DNA from: Phycisphaeraceae bacterium
GTDB lineage: Bacteria; Planctomycetota; Phycisphaerae; Phycisphaerales; UBA1924
Direction: 5' to 3'
DNA length: 64,000 bases
Assembly (NCBI GenBank): GCA_019636675.1
Contig: JAHBXC010000001.1
Span: 1,235,007 to 1,299,006 of the forward strand
Shown: positions 9,104-18,692 of the stretch, one piece after another
How the letters are laid out: every line of letters starts with the position of its first letter
How positions within the stretch are numbered: the first letter of the stretch is position 1
Translations under genes and position numbers: made by a program
Notes under the pieces: model-generated
Databases searched by the model: none
Told to the model about the DNA's origin: nothing
What the model saw: only the letters and a program-made list of their open reading frames with translations

Positions 9104-10180
9104 ATGCGCAAGACCATTACGGCCGCGTGTTTCGCGGCCATCCCGATCGTCGCGCTCCTCGCGAGCGGCTGGCGATCACCCATGAACGACGCCGTCGCGG
9201 GAGGCGGCCACACCATGCGCACCGACGAAAGGCGTTCCGCGATTCATTACTCGAAGAGCGGCCACGACATCACCCCACTCTCGAAGGCCCGCGTCGCGGA
9301 GCTGGCGCTGACGCTGACCGATGAGGAAGCGCGGGTGCTTCTGAAGAAGGGCACAGAGCCCCCCTTCTGCGGCAACCTGCTCGATAACAAGAAGGAGGGC
9401 GTGTACACCTGCAAGCTGTGCTCGCTCCCTCTGTTCTCGTCGGACTCGAAGTTCAGCAGCGGCACCGGGTGGCCTTCGTTCTTCCAGCCCTACGACCGCG
9501 ACCACGTGAGTTACGTCGAGGACCGCTCGCACGGGATGACCCGCGTCGAGATCCTGTGTGCGCGCTGCGACGGGCACCTGGGTCATGTCTTCGACGACGG
9601 GCCCCGCCCCACCGGGCTGCGCTACTGCCTGAACTCGGCCTCGCTGACCTTTTACGAAAAGGGCGAGCCCATGCCCGAGATGGCGATGCCGGTCCGCGTC
9701 GAGCGGGCCTACTTCGCCGGCGGGTGCTTCTGGGGGGTCGAGGACCGCTTCCAGCAGCTGCCGGGCGTGATCGACGCCGTCAGCGGCTACATGGGCGGGC
9801 ACGTCGACAACCCGACGTACAAGCAGGTGTGCTACACGGACACCGGGCACGCGGAGACGGTGATGGTGGTCTTCGACCCGTCGAAGATCAGCTACGACGA
9901 GCTGCTCGGCTGGTTCTTCCGACTCCACGACCCGACGCAGCTCAACCGTCAGGGTCCGGACGTCGGGACGCAGTACCGCTCGGCGATCTTCGCGGCGGAT
10001 GAGAAGCAGCTCGAGGCGGCCAAGCGGTTCATCGCGGCCCAGCAGGCGACGGACCGCTTCAAGAACCGGCGCATCGTGACACAGGTGGATCTCGGCGGCG
10101 GGACCTTCTGGGAGGCGGAGGACTACCACCAGGACTACCACCTGAAGAATGGCGGGTCCTGCGCGCTGCCCGAGCACTGA
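9104..10180 (+). CDS. msrBA: Bifunctional peptide methionine sulfoxide reductase MsrB-MsrA with an N-terminal signal/anchor sequence
   Basis: The MsrB half has CKLCSLPLF...GWPSF...ILCARCDGHLGHVFDDGP. The MsrA half has YFAGGCFWGVE...GHAETV. The N-terminus MRKTITAACFAAIPIVALLASG looks like an export signal. An alternative upstream start is at 9071. Confidence 0.88.
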   Translation: MRKTITAACFAAIPIVALLASGWRSPMNDAVAGGGHTMRTDERRSAIHYSKSGHDITPLSKARVAELALTLTDEEARVLLKKGTEPPFCGNLLDNKKEGVYTCKLCSLPLFSSDSKFSSGTGWPSFFQPYDRDHVSYVEDRSHGMTRVEILCARCDGHLGHVFDDGPRPTGLRYCLNSASLTFYEKGEPMPEMAMPVRVERAYFAGGCFWGVEDRFQQLPGVIDAVSGYMGGHVDNPTYKQVCYTDTGHAETVMVVFDPSKISYDELLGWFFRLHDPTQLNRQGPDVGTQYRSAIFAADEKQLEAAKRFIAAQQATDRFKNRRIVTQVDLGGGTFWEAEDYHQDYHLKNGGSCALPEH

Positions 10181-10272
10181 TCGGCGCGAGACATCCGATC
10201 GACACCCCCACGCCGCCGGGCGATGCGTCCGTCGGCGTTGTCGTTGGCATGGATCATGGGCGCGGTGTGGTG

Positions 10273-10311
10273 CAAAAAAGACAACGGCCCCTGTGACAGT
10301 CAGGGGCCGTT
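10273..10311 (-). terminator. Rho-independent terminator downstream of the PEP-CTERM gene 10347..10985
   Basis: A perfect 11-bp stem aacggcccctg/caggggccgtt (10283-10311) has a 7-nt loop. On the minus strand it is followed by a T-run (plus-strand aaaaaa at 10274-10279). Confidence 0.75.
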
Positions 10312-10346
10312 GCGAAGTTCTGGAAGCGGTGCGGGGAACGCCTTAC

Positions 10347-10985
10347 TTAGCGGCGGCGACGCATCCCGGCGAGGCCGGCGACGCCCAGGAGGGCAGCAGC
10401 GCCGGGGGCGGGAATCTCGGCAACGCCGATGGACAGGAAGCCGCTCTCCCAGATGGCGTCGGCCGCGAGGGTGTCGTCAACGAACGACTCGTAGAACTCG
10501 AGGCGGAGGATGCCGTTGGGGAGAACGATGTTGGGGATCGCGTTGTCGGAGAGGTCGATCTGACCGGCCGACGCGAAGTTGACATTGGTGCCGCCGAAGC
10601 CGTTGCCGACGCCGGGGGTGAGGAACAGACCGGAGAGGTCCGGGGCGACGTTGTCGTCGAAGTAGATGCGGGCCTCAGAGAGCCACGAGCCACCGAAGGT
10701 GGTGAGGTTCACGTTCCAGCCGATGGAGGTCATGGTGACCGTGCTGCCGGACGCGAGGCCGAGGGCGGCGGCGAGGTCGACGTTGAGGACGACGTTGCCG
10801 GGGTTGCTGAGGGCGAAGCGGCTCTCAACGCCGGAGATGTCGACGTTGATGATGGTGTTGGTCGCGCCGCGGACGCCGGTGAACCCGGCGGGGGTGCCAT
10901 CAGCGGTGGCCGAGAGGTGGGGGTTGGCGAGGGCGGAGCCGGCGATCATCGCGAGGCCCGCAGCGCACAGAGCGAACTTGGTCAT
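10347..10985 (-). CDS. PEP-CTERM-anchored secreted protein (paralogue A1)
   Basis: ATG 10985 is preceded by AGGAGAGAAG. The signal peptide is MTKFALCAAGLAMIAGSALA. The C-terminal sorting tail is EIPAPGAAALLGVAGLAGMRRRR (PEP-like motif, TM helix, Arg cluster). It aligns clearly by eye with 11688..12320. Confidence 0.85.
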   Translation of the reverse strand: MTKFALCAAGLAMIAGSALANPHLSATADGTPAGFTGVRGATNTIINVDISGVESRFALSNPGNVVLNVDLAAALGLASGSTVTMTSIGWNVNLTTFGGSWLSEARIYFDDNVAPDLSGLFLTPGVGNGFGGTNVNFASAGQIDLSDNAIPNIVLPNGILRLEFYESFVDDTLAADAIWESGFLSIGVAEIPAPGAAALLGVAGLAGMRRRR

Positions 10986-11687
10986 GGTGTCTTCTCTCCT
11001 AAAGAGTTCGAACTCAACCGGCGCACAACACACATGTGCGCCACAGACACAAACACAGTGCGCCCGCGCGAACATCGCGCTTGCGCACCTGACCAACTGG
11101 CTGCGGGGACTTTGACGCGTTTCTCCCTCAGCCGATTGGCGCCTGGCCGGCAGAACCGGTTCAGGCATTGCAAACTGTACCCGGAAACGGATCTAGTGCA
11201 AGATGTTTTTCTCGAAGTACGGAACCCCATGTCCCCATCGCTGGGGCGCTTAGCCCCGATCCCGCCGAGCGGGAGGTTCTCGGACCTGGCATTGCGGGCC
11301 TCCGGCGCCACCGAACCGCTCTGACGACGCGGAAACGCGGTTTTCGGGTAAACGACCCCCTAAATTGGGCATTACCAGATTCGGGGCCAGCGAATTTGAC
11401 GATCCGATCGGCGTTGGCGTCTTCCAGGGCAGGGCTCGGCGCGAAGGGCGCTTCGAACCGGCCCGCGCGGGCGCCCGAGCGTGGTGGACGCGAACCCGTG
11501 ACGCCGTGCGCCAGCGCGCGGGTCTCCCCCGAATGAAGAGCGGGCGCCTCGCTGTCACGAGGCGCCCGCGGTCTGTCCGAGAACGAACAGGAAGGGATTG
11601 GATCAGAGCCGTTGAGGCGCGGCTCCGAGGTTTCGGGATCGTTGAGGCGCGATCCCGAGAGGAAGGAAGAAACGCGTCAGATCAGAT

Positions 11688-12320
11688 TCAGCGGCGACGG
11701 CGCATGCCGGCCAGACCAGCGACGCCCAGGAGCGCGGCGGCGCCGGGGGTCGGGACCTCGGTCACGCCCACGAACAGCGCGCCGCCCCAGATCGCGTCGG
11801 CCACGCCCGGGACGTCGTTGAACGACTCGTAGAACTCGATGCGCAGGATGCCGTTGGGGAGCACGATGTTGGGGATCATGTTGTCGGAGAGGTCGATCTG
11901 ACCGCCCGACGAGAAGGACATGCTGCCGGGCGCGTTCTGGCCGATGCCGGGGGTCAGGAAGAGCCCGGACTGGTCGGGAGCGACGGCGTCGTCGAAGTAC
12001 AGGCGGGCCTCGCTGAGCCAGCTGTCGCCGACCGTGCTGATGGTGACGTCCCAGCCGATGGAGGTCATGGTGACCTGCGAGCCGGCGGAGAGGCCGAGCG
12101 CGGCGGCCAGGTCGACGAGGAGGACGGTGTTGCTGGGGGAGCTGATCCCGTCGATGCTCTCGACGCCGTCAACGTTGACGTTGATGATCGTGTTGGTGAT
12201 GCCGCGCGCGCCGAGGTTGGCGGCGGACATCGTGTCCATCGTGCGACCCATCTCGGCCGCCAGGGCGGAGCCGCTGAGGGCGACGACGGCGGACGCCGCG
12301 ATGATGATGTTCTTCGACAT
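11688..12320 (-). CDS. PEP-CTERM-anchored secreted protein (paralogue A2)
   Basis: The signal peptide is MSKNIIIAASAVVALSGSALA. The tail is EVPTPGAAALLGVAGLAGMRRRR. The 5' UTR is the same as for A1 (ctttaggagagaag..cac..ATG). Confidence 0.88.
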   Translation of the reverse strand: MSKNIIIAASAVVALSGSALAAEMGRTMDTMSAANLGARGITNTIINVNVDGVESIDGISSPSNTVLLVDLAAALGLSAGSQVTMTSIGWDVTISTVGDSWLSEARLYFDDAVAPDQSGLFLTPGIGQNAPGSMSFSSGGQIDLSDNMIPNIVLPNGILRIEFYESFNDVPGVADAIWGGALFVGVTEVPTPGAAALLGVAGLAGMRRRR

Positions 12321-12730
12321 GTGCTTCTCTCCTAAAGAAACTCAGACAATTGGGGAAACGAAACAGACAACCCCGACGCAGGACGACGCGACAACGCGAC
12401 CGCCTTCGCGGGTGTGGCAACACATGAACGGCATGCCTCTGCTTGCCGAAAGGTCTGACGCGACGACGCCCCGTGCTCGGACACCGCCGCGACTCGCCCC
12501 GGTATTCGCCCGGGGTACTGACAGGGTTGCACCCGCTCGCGGAAACTCAAGTCGTAAGCTCATGTTTCTGCGATCTTTAGCGAAAACGAACGCTATGGGA
12601 CCCCCCCTTTCCGCGTACTTTGCCCCGTTTCATCCCACCATGCGGGGTGACCCATTCGGCGCCCTCGAGTCCTTTGCGCTTCGGCCGCCCATGGGCTTGA
12701 CCTCCTCGAACGCGCGGGCACAATCGTGCG

Positions 12731-12778
12731 ATGCTCGCGTCCCCCCACACTCGCGGTTGGTGGCGGCCCGCTCCGTAA
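12731..12778 (+). CDS. trpL: Candidate trp operon leader peptide MLASPHTRGWWRPAP (tandem Trp codons)
   Basis: A 15-codon ORF (atg ctc gcg tcc ccc cac act cgc ggt tgg tgg cgg ccc gct ccg taa) lies ~140 nt upstream of trpE. Its GWWR core matches the E. coli TrpL ...KGWWRTS pattern. I see no clear SD. Confidence 0.5.
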   Translation: MLASPHTRGWWRPAP

Positions 12779-12858
12779 GGAAGCGGCCGAGGGCGTCCCC
12801 TTCGATCAACTGATCTCACGATCAGGGCCTCTTCCGACGATGTTCGGGAGTAGGCCCT
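12765..12858 (+). promoter_or_regulatory. Attenuator-like set of mutually exclusive hairpins between the leader peptide and trpE
   Basis: The 1:2 hairpin (12765-12788) begins 2 nt after the second Trp codon, with the leader stop codon in its loop. Segment 12779-12788 (ggaagcggcc) can instead pair 9/10 with 12826-12835 (ggcctcttcc). The 3:4 hairpin 12824-12858 has 13 bp (agggcct+cttccg / cgggag+aggccct). No U-tract follows it. Confidence 0.45.
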
Positions 12859-12916
12859 CGCGGCGGTCTGCATCCCGGCGATCCCTGCACTCACGCCGCG
12901 ACGAACGCAGACCACG

Positions 12917-14326
12917 ATGAAGCCCCCCTTCGACATCGCCGCCGACCTGGACACGCCCGTCTCCGCGTACCGCAAACTCGCGCACGCCGGGTTCGAGCCC
13001 TCCTTCCTCCTCGAGAGCGTCGAGGGCGGCGCGCGCCTGGCGCGGTATTCGTTCCTCGGGCTCGGGCGCGCCGTCACGCTCACGATGTCCGAGAACGCGC
13101 TGACCATCAACGGCGAGGCGCGTCCCTCCCCCTCCTCACGCGCCGAACTGCTCGACGCGCTGCGCCACGCGCTCGAGCGTTCTCCGACGCTCGAGCCCGA
13201 CGCGGGAGGGCTTCCCTTCACCGGCGGGCTCGTCGGCGCGACCGGCTACGACGCCGTGCGCCGCTTCGAGCGCCTGCCTTCGCACGCGCAGTCTGATCCG
13301 TCGGCGCTGTGGGCGTCGTATGTCGCGCCGCGCTCCGTGCTCGTGTTCGACCACTTCACCCGGCGCGTCGCGCTCCTGCACGCCGGACCGGACTGGGAGC
13401 GCCAGTCGCTGCGGCGCGAGATCATCCACGCCCTGCGAGGCGCCCACCCCGCCTCCCCCACGCGCTCGGGACACGCGCCGCCCACGCCTTCCCTTTCGCG
13501 CGACGAGTTCCTCCGGCGCGTCGAGACGATCCAACGGCACATCGTCGACGGCGATGTCTTCCAACTCGTCCTCTCCGTCCGCTTCGAGGGCGAGCACCGT
13601 TCCGACCCGTTCGAGGTCTACCGCGCGCTGCGCCTGCTCAACCCCTCGTCCTACATGTACTACCTCGACCTGCCCGGCGCAGCGCCCGATCGCGCACTGC
13701 GCGTCGTCGGCTCGTCCCCCGAAGCGCTCGTCAAACTCCAGCGCGGCGTCGCGCACCTCCGCCCCATCGCCGGCACGCGCCCACGGGGCGACGACGACGC
13801 GAGCGACCTGACGCACGAGCGCGAACTCCTCGCCGATCCGAAAGAGGCCGCCGAGCATGTGATGCTCGTGGACCTGGCCCGCAACGACCTGGGGCGCGTC
13901 GCGAAGCCGGGCACGATCAGGGTCGACCCGTACCGCGTGATCGAGCGCTACAGCCATGTGATGCACATCGTCTCTGGCGTCAGCGGCGAACTCGACGAGG
14001 GCTTCGACATGTTCGACCTCTTCGCCGCCGCGTTCCCGGCCGGCACGCTCGTCGGAGCCCCCAAGGTCCGCGCGATGGAGATCATCGACGCGCTCGAGCC
14101 GGTGCGGAGAGGTCTCTACGGCGGCACGGTGGGCTATTTCTCCAAGTCCGGCGACATGGACCAGGCCATCTGCATCCGCACGCTCGTCTTCGACGACGGC
14201 AGATACGCCTATCAGGCGGGCGCCGGGATCGTGGCCGACTCGAAACCCGACGCGGAGCACGACGAGGTCCGCGCGAAGGTCGGCGCCCTCGAAGCGGCGC
14301 TGCGCCTGGCGGAGGAGGGCCTGTGA
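12917..14326 (+). CDS. trpE: Anthranilate synthase component I
   Basis: This is the chorismate-binding family (LESVEGG..., GTRPRG, HVMLVDLARND, GAPKVRAME, GGTVGYF, IRT...AGAGIVADS). It is the first gene of the trp operon. Confidence 0.95.
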   Translation: MKPPFDIAADLDTPVSAYRKLAHAGFEPSFLLESVEGGARLARYSFLGLGRAVTLTMSENALTINGEARPSPSSRAELLDALRHALERSPTLEPDAGGLPFTGGLVGATGYDAVRRFERLPSHAQSDPSALWASYVAPRSVLVFDHFTRRVALLHAGPDWERQSLRREIIHALRGAHPASPTRSGHAPPTPSLSRDEFLRRVETIQRHIVDGDVFQLVLSVRFEGEHRSDPFEVYRALRLLNPSSYMYYLDLPGAAPDRALRVVGSSPEALVKLQRGVAHLRPIAGTRPRGDDDASDLTHERELLADPKEAAEHVMLVDLARNDLGRVAKPGTIRVDPYRVIERYSHVMHIVSGVSGELDEGFDMFDLFAAAFPAGTLVGAPKVRAMEIIDALEPVRRGLYGGTVGYFSKSGDMDQAICIRTLVFDDGRYAYQAGAGIVADSKPDAEHDEVRAKVGALEAALRLAEEGL

Positions 14327-14898
14327 TGCCGCCGCGCGTGCTGATGATCGACAACTACGACTCGTTCACCTTCAACCTGGTGCAGTTGCTGCGCGAACTC
14401 GGCGCCGCGGTGACGACCGTTCGTAACGACGAGATCACCGTCGCGCAGGCGCTTGAGAAGTCGCCGACGCATGTCGTCGTCTCGCCCGGGCCCGGCCACC
14501 CCCGCGACGCGGGGATCAGCATGGGGGTCATCGAGGCCTTCGCGGGGCGCGCGCCGATCCTTGGCGTGTGCCTCGGGCACCAGGCGATCTGCGAGGTCTA
14601 CGGCGCCCCGGTCCGCCACGCGTCGCGTCTCATGCACGGCAAGCCGTCGATGATCACCCACGACGCGAAGGGTGTGTATCAAGGCATGCCCGATCGCGTC
14701 GAGGTCGGACGGTACCACTCGCTGGCCGCGTTTGAGGCGGAACTGCCGGCGTGCCTCCTCGCGTCCTCGCGCAGCGACGACGGCGAACTGATGGGCGTTC
14801 GCCACGTCGACTTGCCGATCGAGGGCGTGCAGTTCCACCCCGAGAGCGTGCTGACGCCGCTTGGGAAGACGATGCTGGAGAACTTCCTGCGATGCTGA
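14326..14898 (+). CDS. trpG: Anthranilate synthase component II (glutamine amidotransferase)
   Basis: The protein begins MPPRVLMIDNYDSFTFNLVQ. The GATase triad context is GVCLGHQ...VQFHPES. The ATG overlaps the trpE stop by 1 nt (gTGATG). Confidence 0.95.
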   Translation: MPPRVLMIDNYDSFTFNLVQLLRELGAAVTTVRNDEITVAQALEKSPTHVVVSPGPGHPRDAGISMGVIEAFAGRAPILGVCLGHQAICEVYGAPVRHASRLMHGKPSMITHDAKGVYQGMPDRVEVGRYHSLAAFEAELPACLLASSRSDDGELMGVRHVDLPIEGVQFHPESVLTPLGKTMLENFLRC

Positions 14899-15929
14899 GC
14901 GCGACCCTCGACCAACTGCTGCGAAGGGAGAGTCTGTCGGAAGCGCAGGCGTCGGACCTGCTGCGCGCGCTCGCGACCGAGGACATCGAGCCCGCGATCG
15001 CCGGCGCGCTGCTGGCGGCTCTGCGCGCGAAGGGCGAGACGCCCGAGGAAGTCCGAGGGTTCGCCCGCGCGATGCGCGACCTCGCGGTGCGCCCCGCGCT
15101 GCCCGAAGACCTGCGCTCGCGCGCGTGCGACCTGGTCGGCACCGGGGGCGACGGCTCGCACACCTTCAACGTCAGCACCGGCGCGGCCCTGCTCGCGGCG
15201 GCGTGCGGGCTGCCGGTCGTGAAGCACGGGAATCGGTCGATCTCGTCGAAGAGCGGCGCCGCCGACCTGCTCGAACAACTCGGCCTGCCCGTGCCGCTGC
15301 GCGACGGCTCGCAGGGCGAGTGCCTGACGCGCACGAACTTCTGCTTCCTCTTCGCGCCGGCCTATCACCCCGCGGCGGCGCGCGTCGCGCCGGTGCGCCG
15401 AGCGCTGGGCGTGCGCACCGTGTTCAACATGCTCGGGCCCCTCACCAACCCGGCGCAGCCCCCCTTCGGCGTCATCGGCGCGTTCTCGCTCGACGCGGCG
15501 CGCCTCATGGCCGACGCGATCAGCGGGCTGCCGATCGAGCGCGTCTTCGTCGTCCACGGGGCCCCCGCCTGGGACGAGCCCACCCCCGTCGGTGAGTTCC
15601 ATCTCTTCGATGTCCGCCCCGGACGCGTGAGGCACGAGGCTCGCGATCCTTCCACGGTCGGGCTGTCGCGATGCGCCGAAGCCGATCTGAAAGGCGGCGA
15701 CTCCTCGCACAACGCCGATGCGCTTCGACGGGTCTTCCACGGCGAGAAGTCCGCGCACCGCGACGCGGTCTGCCTCTCGTGCGCCCTCGCGCTCGAGGCG
15801 AGCGGCGTGGCGAACAGTCTCCGCGAAGGCATCGATATCGCTCGCTCGTCGCTCGACGACGGGCGCGCGGCCCGCCTGCTGGATACCCTCGCCGGCGTCG
15901 GTCGCGACGCGAAAGGAGACGCGGCGTGA
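14892..15929 (+). CDS. trpD: Anthranilate phosphoribosyltransferase
   Basis: Family motifs are present: MLSATLDQLL..., DLVGTGGDGSHTFNVSTGAA, VVKHGNRSISSKSGAADLLE, and FNMLGPLTNP. The gene overlaps the trpG end by 7 nt. Confidence 0.95.
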   Translation: MLSATLDQLLRRESLSEAQASDLLRALATEDIEPAIAGALLAALRAKGETPEEVRGFARAMRDLAVRPALPEDLRSRACDLVGTGGDGSHTFNVSTGAALLAAACGLPVVKHGNRSISSKSGAADLLEQLGLPVPLRDGSQGECLTRTNFCFLFAPAYHPAAARVAPVRRALGVRTVFNMLGPLTNPAQPPFGVIGAFSLDAARLMADAISGLPIERVFVVHGAPAWDEPTPVGEFHLFDVRPGRVRHEARDPSTVGLSRCAEADLKGGDSSHNADALRRVFHGEKSAHRDAVCLSCALALEASGVANSLREGIDIARSSLDDGRAARLLDTLAGVGRDAKGDAA

Positions 15930-16795
15930 GCGTTCGTGATTTCCTCGCCGAGATGGGCGTGTCGTCGCGCGAGCGGGCCGACATGGGGCGCCCTCGCGCA
16001 GAACTGCTGGATCTCGTGCGCGACCTGCCTCCAGCGCGCTCAGTCGAAAGAACCCCGTTCGGCCTGATCGCCGAGATCAAACTCGCGTCGCCCAGCGAGG
16101 GGCGCCTGTCGCACGCGACCGACGACGCGGCCCATGTCGCGGCGCAGGCGCGCGCGTACTCGCGCGTCGGGGCGTCGGCGATCAGCGTGCTGACCGAGCC
16201 GAGCGCGTTCGGGGGCGACCTCGGTCACCTGGCCGCTGCCAGCGACACGGCGCACACGCCCACGATGCGCAAAGACTTCCTCGTCGACCCGATCCAACTC
16301 CTCGAAGCGCGCGTGCACGGCGCGTCGGGCGCGCTGCTGATCGCGCGGATGCTCGACGACGCGCTGCTCGAGCGGATGCTGGACGAAGCGGCGGCGCTCG
16401 GGCTGTTCGTGCTGCTGGAGTGCTTCGACGAGCGCGACTGCGAGCGGGCGTGCCTGGCGCTCGATGGTCGACCGACGACGCCCGAGGTGATGACCGGGAT
16501 CAACACGCGTGATCTTTCGACGCTGGAGGTGCGCGAGGACCGGCTGGCGACGCTGGTGCACGCGCTGCCCCGGGATCGCAGGCGCGTGGCCGAATCCGGG
16601 CTGCGCACGCCCGACGACGCCGCGAGGGCGGCGGCGATGGGGTACGACCTCGCGCTGGTAGGCACCGCGTTGATGCGCGCGAACGATCCGGCGTCCCTCG
16701 CACGCGCGATGCTGGACGCTGGGAGCAACGCCTCACTCGCTCGAAGAGACCAGCCGGGCGCGCTGTGGCGCGAGACGCCGGGAGAGGAACCATGA
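15926..16795 (+). CDS. trpC: Indole-3-glycerol-phosphate synthase
   Basis: GTG 15926 overlaps the trpD stop (GTGA). Family motifs are [37 protein letters not shown], and GINTRDL. An alternative ATG start lies 9 codons downstream. Confidence 0.9.
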   Translation: MSVRDFLAEMGVSSRERADMGRPRAELLDLVRDLPPARSVERTPFGLIAEIKLASPSEGRLSHATDDAAHVAAQARAYSRVGASAISVLTEPSAFGGDLGHLAAASDTAHTPTMRKDFLVDPIQLLEARVHGASGALLIARMLDDALLERMLDEAAALGLFVLLECFDERDCERACLALDGRPTTPEVMTGINTRDLSTLEVREDRLATLVHALPRDRRRVAESGLRTPDDAARAAAMGYDLALVGTALMRANDPASLARAMLDAGSNASLARRDQPGALWRETPGEEP

Positions 16796-17421
16796 ACCGG
16801 ATCCGAGTGAAAGTCTGCGGCCTCACCACGCCCGAAGCGGTGGACGCCGCGGTTCGCGCCGGGGCCGACGCGATTGGCGTCGTGCTTGCGGAGTCGCCCC
16901 GTCGAGTGACGCTCGATCGGGCCGCGGAACTGCTGTCGCGCGTGCCGGCGTTCGTCGCTCGCGTAGGTGTGCTGCGGCATCCGAGCGAGGACGAGGTGAT
17001 CGACGCGCTGGAAGCGCTGCCGCTGGATCTGGTGCAGACGGACGCCGAGGACTTCGGCGAGGGGGCCGAGTGCGTGCCGGTCGCGATGCGCCTGCCGGTG
17101 GTGCGCGAGGGGGAGGCGTTCGAGAAGCGTCTGCGGGCGACGCTGGACGAGTGCCGCACGGCATTGGTCGAAGGCGCACGCTCGGGGGTGGGCGAGCGCA
17201 TCGCGCTCGACGCGATCGAATCGCTGCCGGAGCAGTCGCGATCCCGGATCGTGCTCGCGGGGGGGCTGTCGCCGACGAATGTGGGCGAGGTCATCCGTCG
17301 CGTGAAACCGTTCGGCGTCGATGTCTCCAGCGGCGTCGAGCGTTCTCCCGGCCAGAAAGACACACGACTCATCCACGACTTCCTCCTCGCGGTGCGCGAG
17401 ACGGAGCGAGCCCTGCCATGA
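16792..17421 (+). CDS. trpF: N-(5'-phosphoribosyl)anthranilate isomerase
   Basis: The protein begins [31 protein letters not shown] and ends ...GVDVSSGVE. It has an ATGA overlap with the trpC stop. Confidence 0.9.
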   Translation: MNRIRVKVCGLTTPEAVDAAVRAGADAIGVVLAESPRRVTLDRAAELLSRVPAFVARVGVLRHPSEDEVIDALEALPLDLVQTDAEDFGEGAECVPVAMRLPVVREGEAFEKRLRATLDECRTALVEGARSGVGERIALDAIESLPEQSRSRIVLAGGLSPTNVGEVIRRVKPFGVDVSSGVERSPGQKDTRLIHDFLLAVRETERALP

Positions 17422-18692
17422 CGATGACGCTTGCGCGAGAACTCAGCCCCCCCACCGATGCGCGCGCCGAACTCGCGCGCCTGCTCGACGGCTCGTACCC
17501 CGACGCGAACGGGCGCTACGGGCCATTCGGGGGTCGTTTCGTGCCGGAAACGCTGATGCCGGCGATCACGCGCCTGGAATCCGCGGCGAAGGCGGCGTTC
17601 ACCGAACCGGCGTTCCTCGACGAGATCGCGCGCGAGGGGCGCGCGTGGATCGGTCGTCCCACGCCGATGTGCTTCGCGCCGAACCTGAGCCGCGAGTGGG
17701 GCGCCGAGGTGTGGCTGAAGCGCGAGGACCTGGCGCACACCGGCGCGCACAAGATCAACAACGCGCTGGGGCAGGCGCTGCTGGCCAAGCGCATCGGCGC
17801 AACGCGGATCATCGCGGAGACGGGCGCCGGCCAGCACGGCGTCGCGTCGGCGGCGGCGTGCGCGCGCGTCGGCCTGCCCTGCATCGTGTACATGGGCGCC
17901 GTCGATGTGGAGCGCCAGGCGCCCAATGTCATGCGCATGAAGCGGCTGGGCGCCGAGGTGCGTCCCGTGGAGAGCGGCGATCGCACGCTGCGCGCCGCGA
18001 TCGACGAGGCGCTGCGCGACTGGGTGAGCGACCCGGATCGCACGCATTACCTGCTCGGGTCGGCGGTTGGGCCGCACCCGTTCCCGTGGATCGTGCGGAC
18101 GCTGCAGAGCGTGATCGGGCGCGAGTCGCGCGAGCAGATACTGAAGGAAGCGGGCGCGCTGCCCGACGCGGTGCTCGCGTGCGTGGGCGGCGGGAGCAAC
18201 GCGATCGGCATGTTCCACGGGTTCCTGGCCGATGAATCGGTGCGCATCGTGGGCGTCGAGGCGGGCGGGCGCGGGCCGACCCCCGGAGAGAACAGCGCGA
18301 CGATCGCGACGGGTTCGCCGGGCGTGCTGCACGGGTGCTACTCGCTGCTGCTGCAGGACGACGACGGGCAGGTGAGCAAGAGCCACTCGATCAGCGCCGG
18401 GCTCGATTATCCGGGCGTCGGCCCCGAGCACGCGTTCCTGCGCTGGTGCGGGCGCGTCGGGTACATCAGCGCGACGGACCGCGAGGCGCTGGACGCGCTC
18501 GACGACTGCTGCCGCCTCGAGGGCATCCTGCCCGCGATGGAGCCGAGCCACGCGCTGGCGGGCGTGAAGAAACTCGCGCAGGAGCGCCCCGGATCGCGTC
18601 TGCTCGTGAATCTGTGCGGGCGCGGCGACAAGGACATGCCGATCCTGCTGAAGAACCCGCCGCGAGATCGCTCGAAGGGAGATGCGCAATGA
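17418..18692 (+). CDS. trpB: Tryptophan synthase beta chain
   Basis: Family motifs are [31 protein letters not shown] (PLP lysine), [10 protein letters not shown], and GGGSNAIG. It has an ATGA overlap with the trpF stop. Confidence 0.96.
   Translation: MTMTLARELSPPTDARAELARLLDGSYPDANGRYGPFGGRFVPETLMPAITRLESAAKAAFTEPAFLDEIAREGRAWIGRPTPMCFAPNLSREWGAEVWLKREDLAHTGAHKINNALGQALLAKRIGATRIIAETGAGQHGVASAAACARVGLPCIVYMGAVDVERQAPNVMRMKRLGAEVRPVESGDRTLRAAIDEALRDWVSDPDRTHYLLGSAVGPHPFPWIVRTLQSVIGRESREQILKEAGALPDAVLACVGGGSNAIGMFHGFLADESVRIVGVEAGGRGPTPGENSATIATGSPGVLHGCYSLLLQDDDGQVSKSHSISAGLDYPGVGPEHAFLRWCGRVGYISATDREALDALDDCCRLEGILPAMEPSHALAGVKKLAQERPGSRLLVNLCGRGDKDMPILLKNPPRDRSKGDAQ

Noticed and set aside
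11169-11687. A possible gene in the 500-nt spacer between the two PEP-CTERM paralogues (ORFs 11168..11536, 11365..11832, 11250..11558).
   Set aside because: All the candidate ORFs overlap one another. They are Arg/Pro/Gly-rich and have no start context or motifs. This is more likely promoter/UTR sequence of gene 10347..10985.
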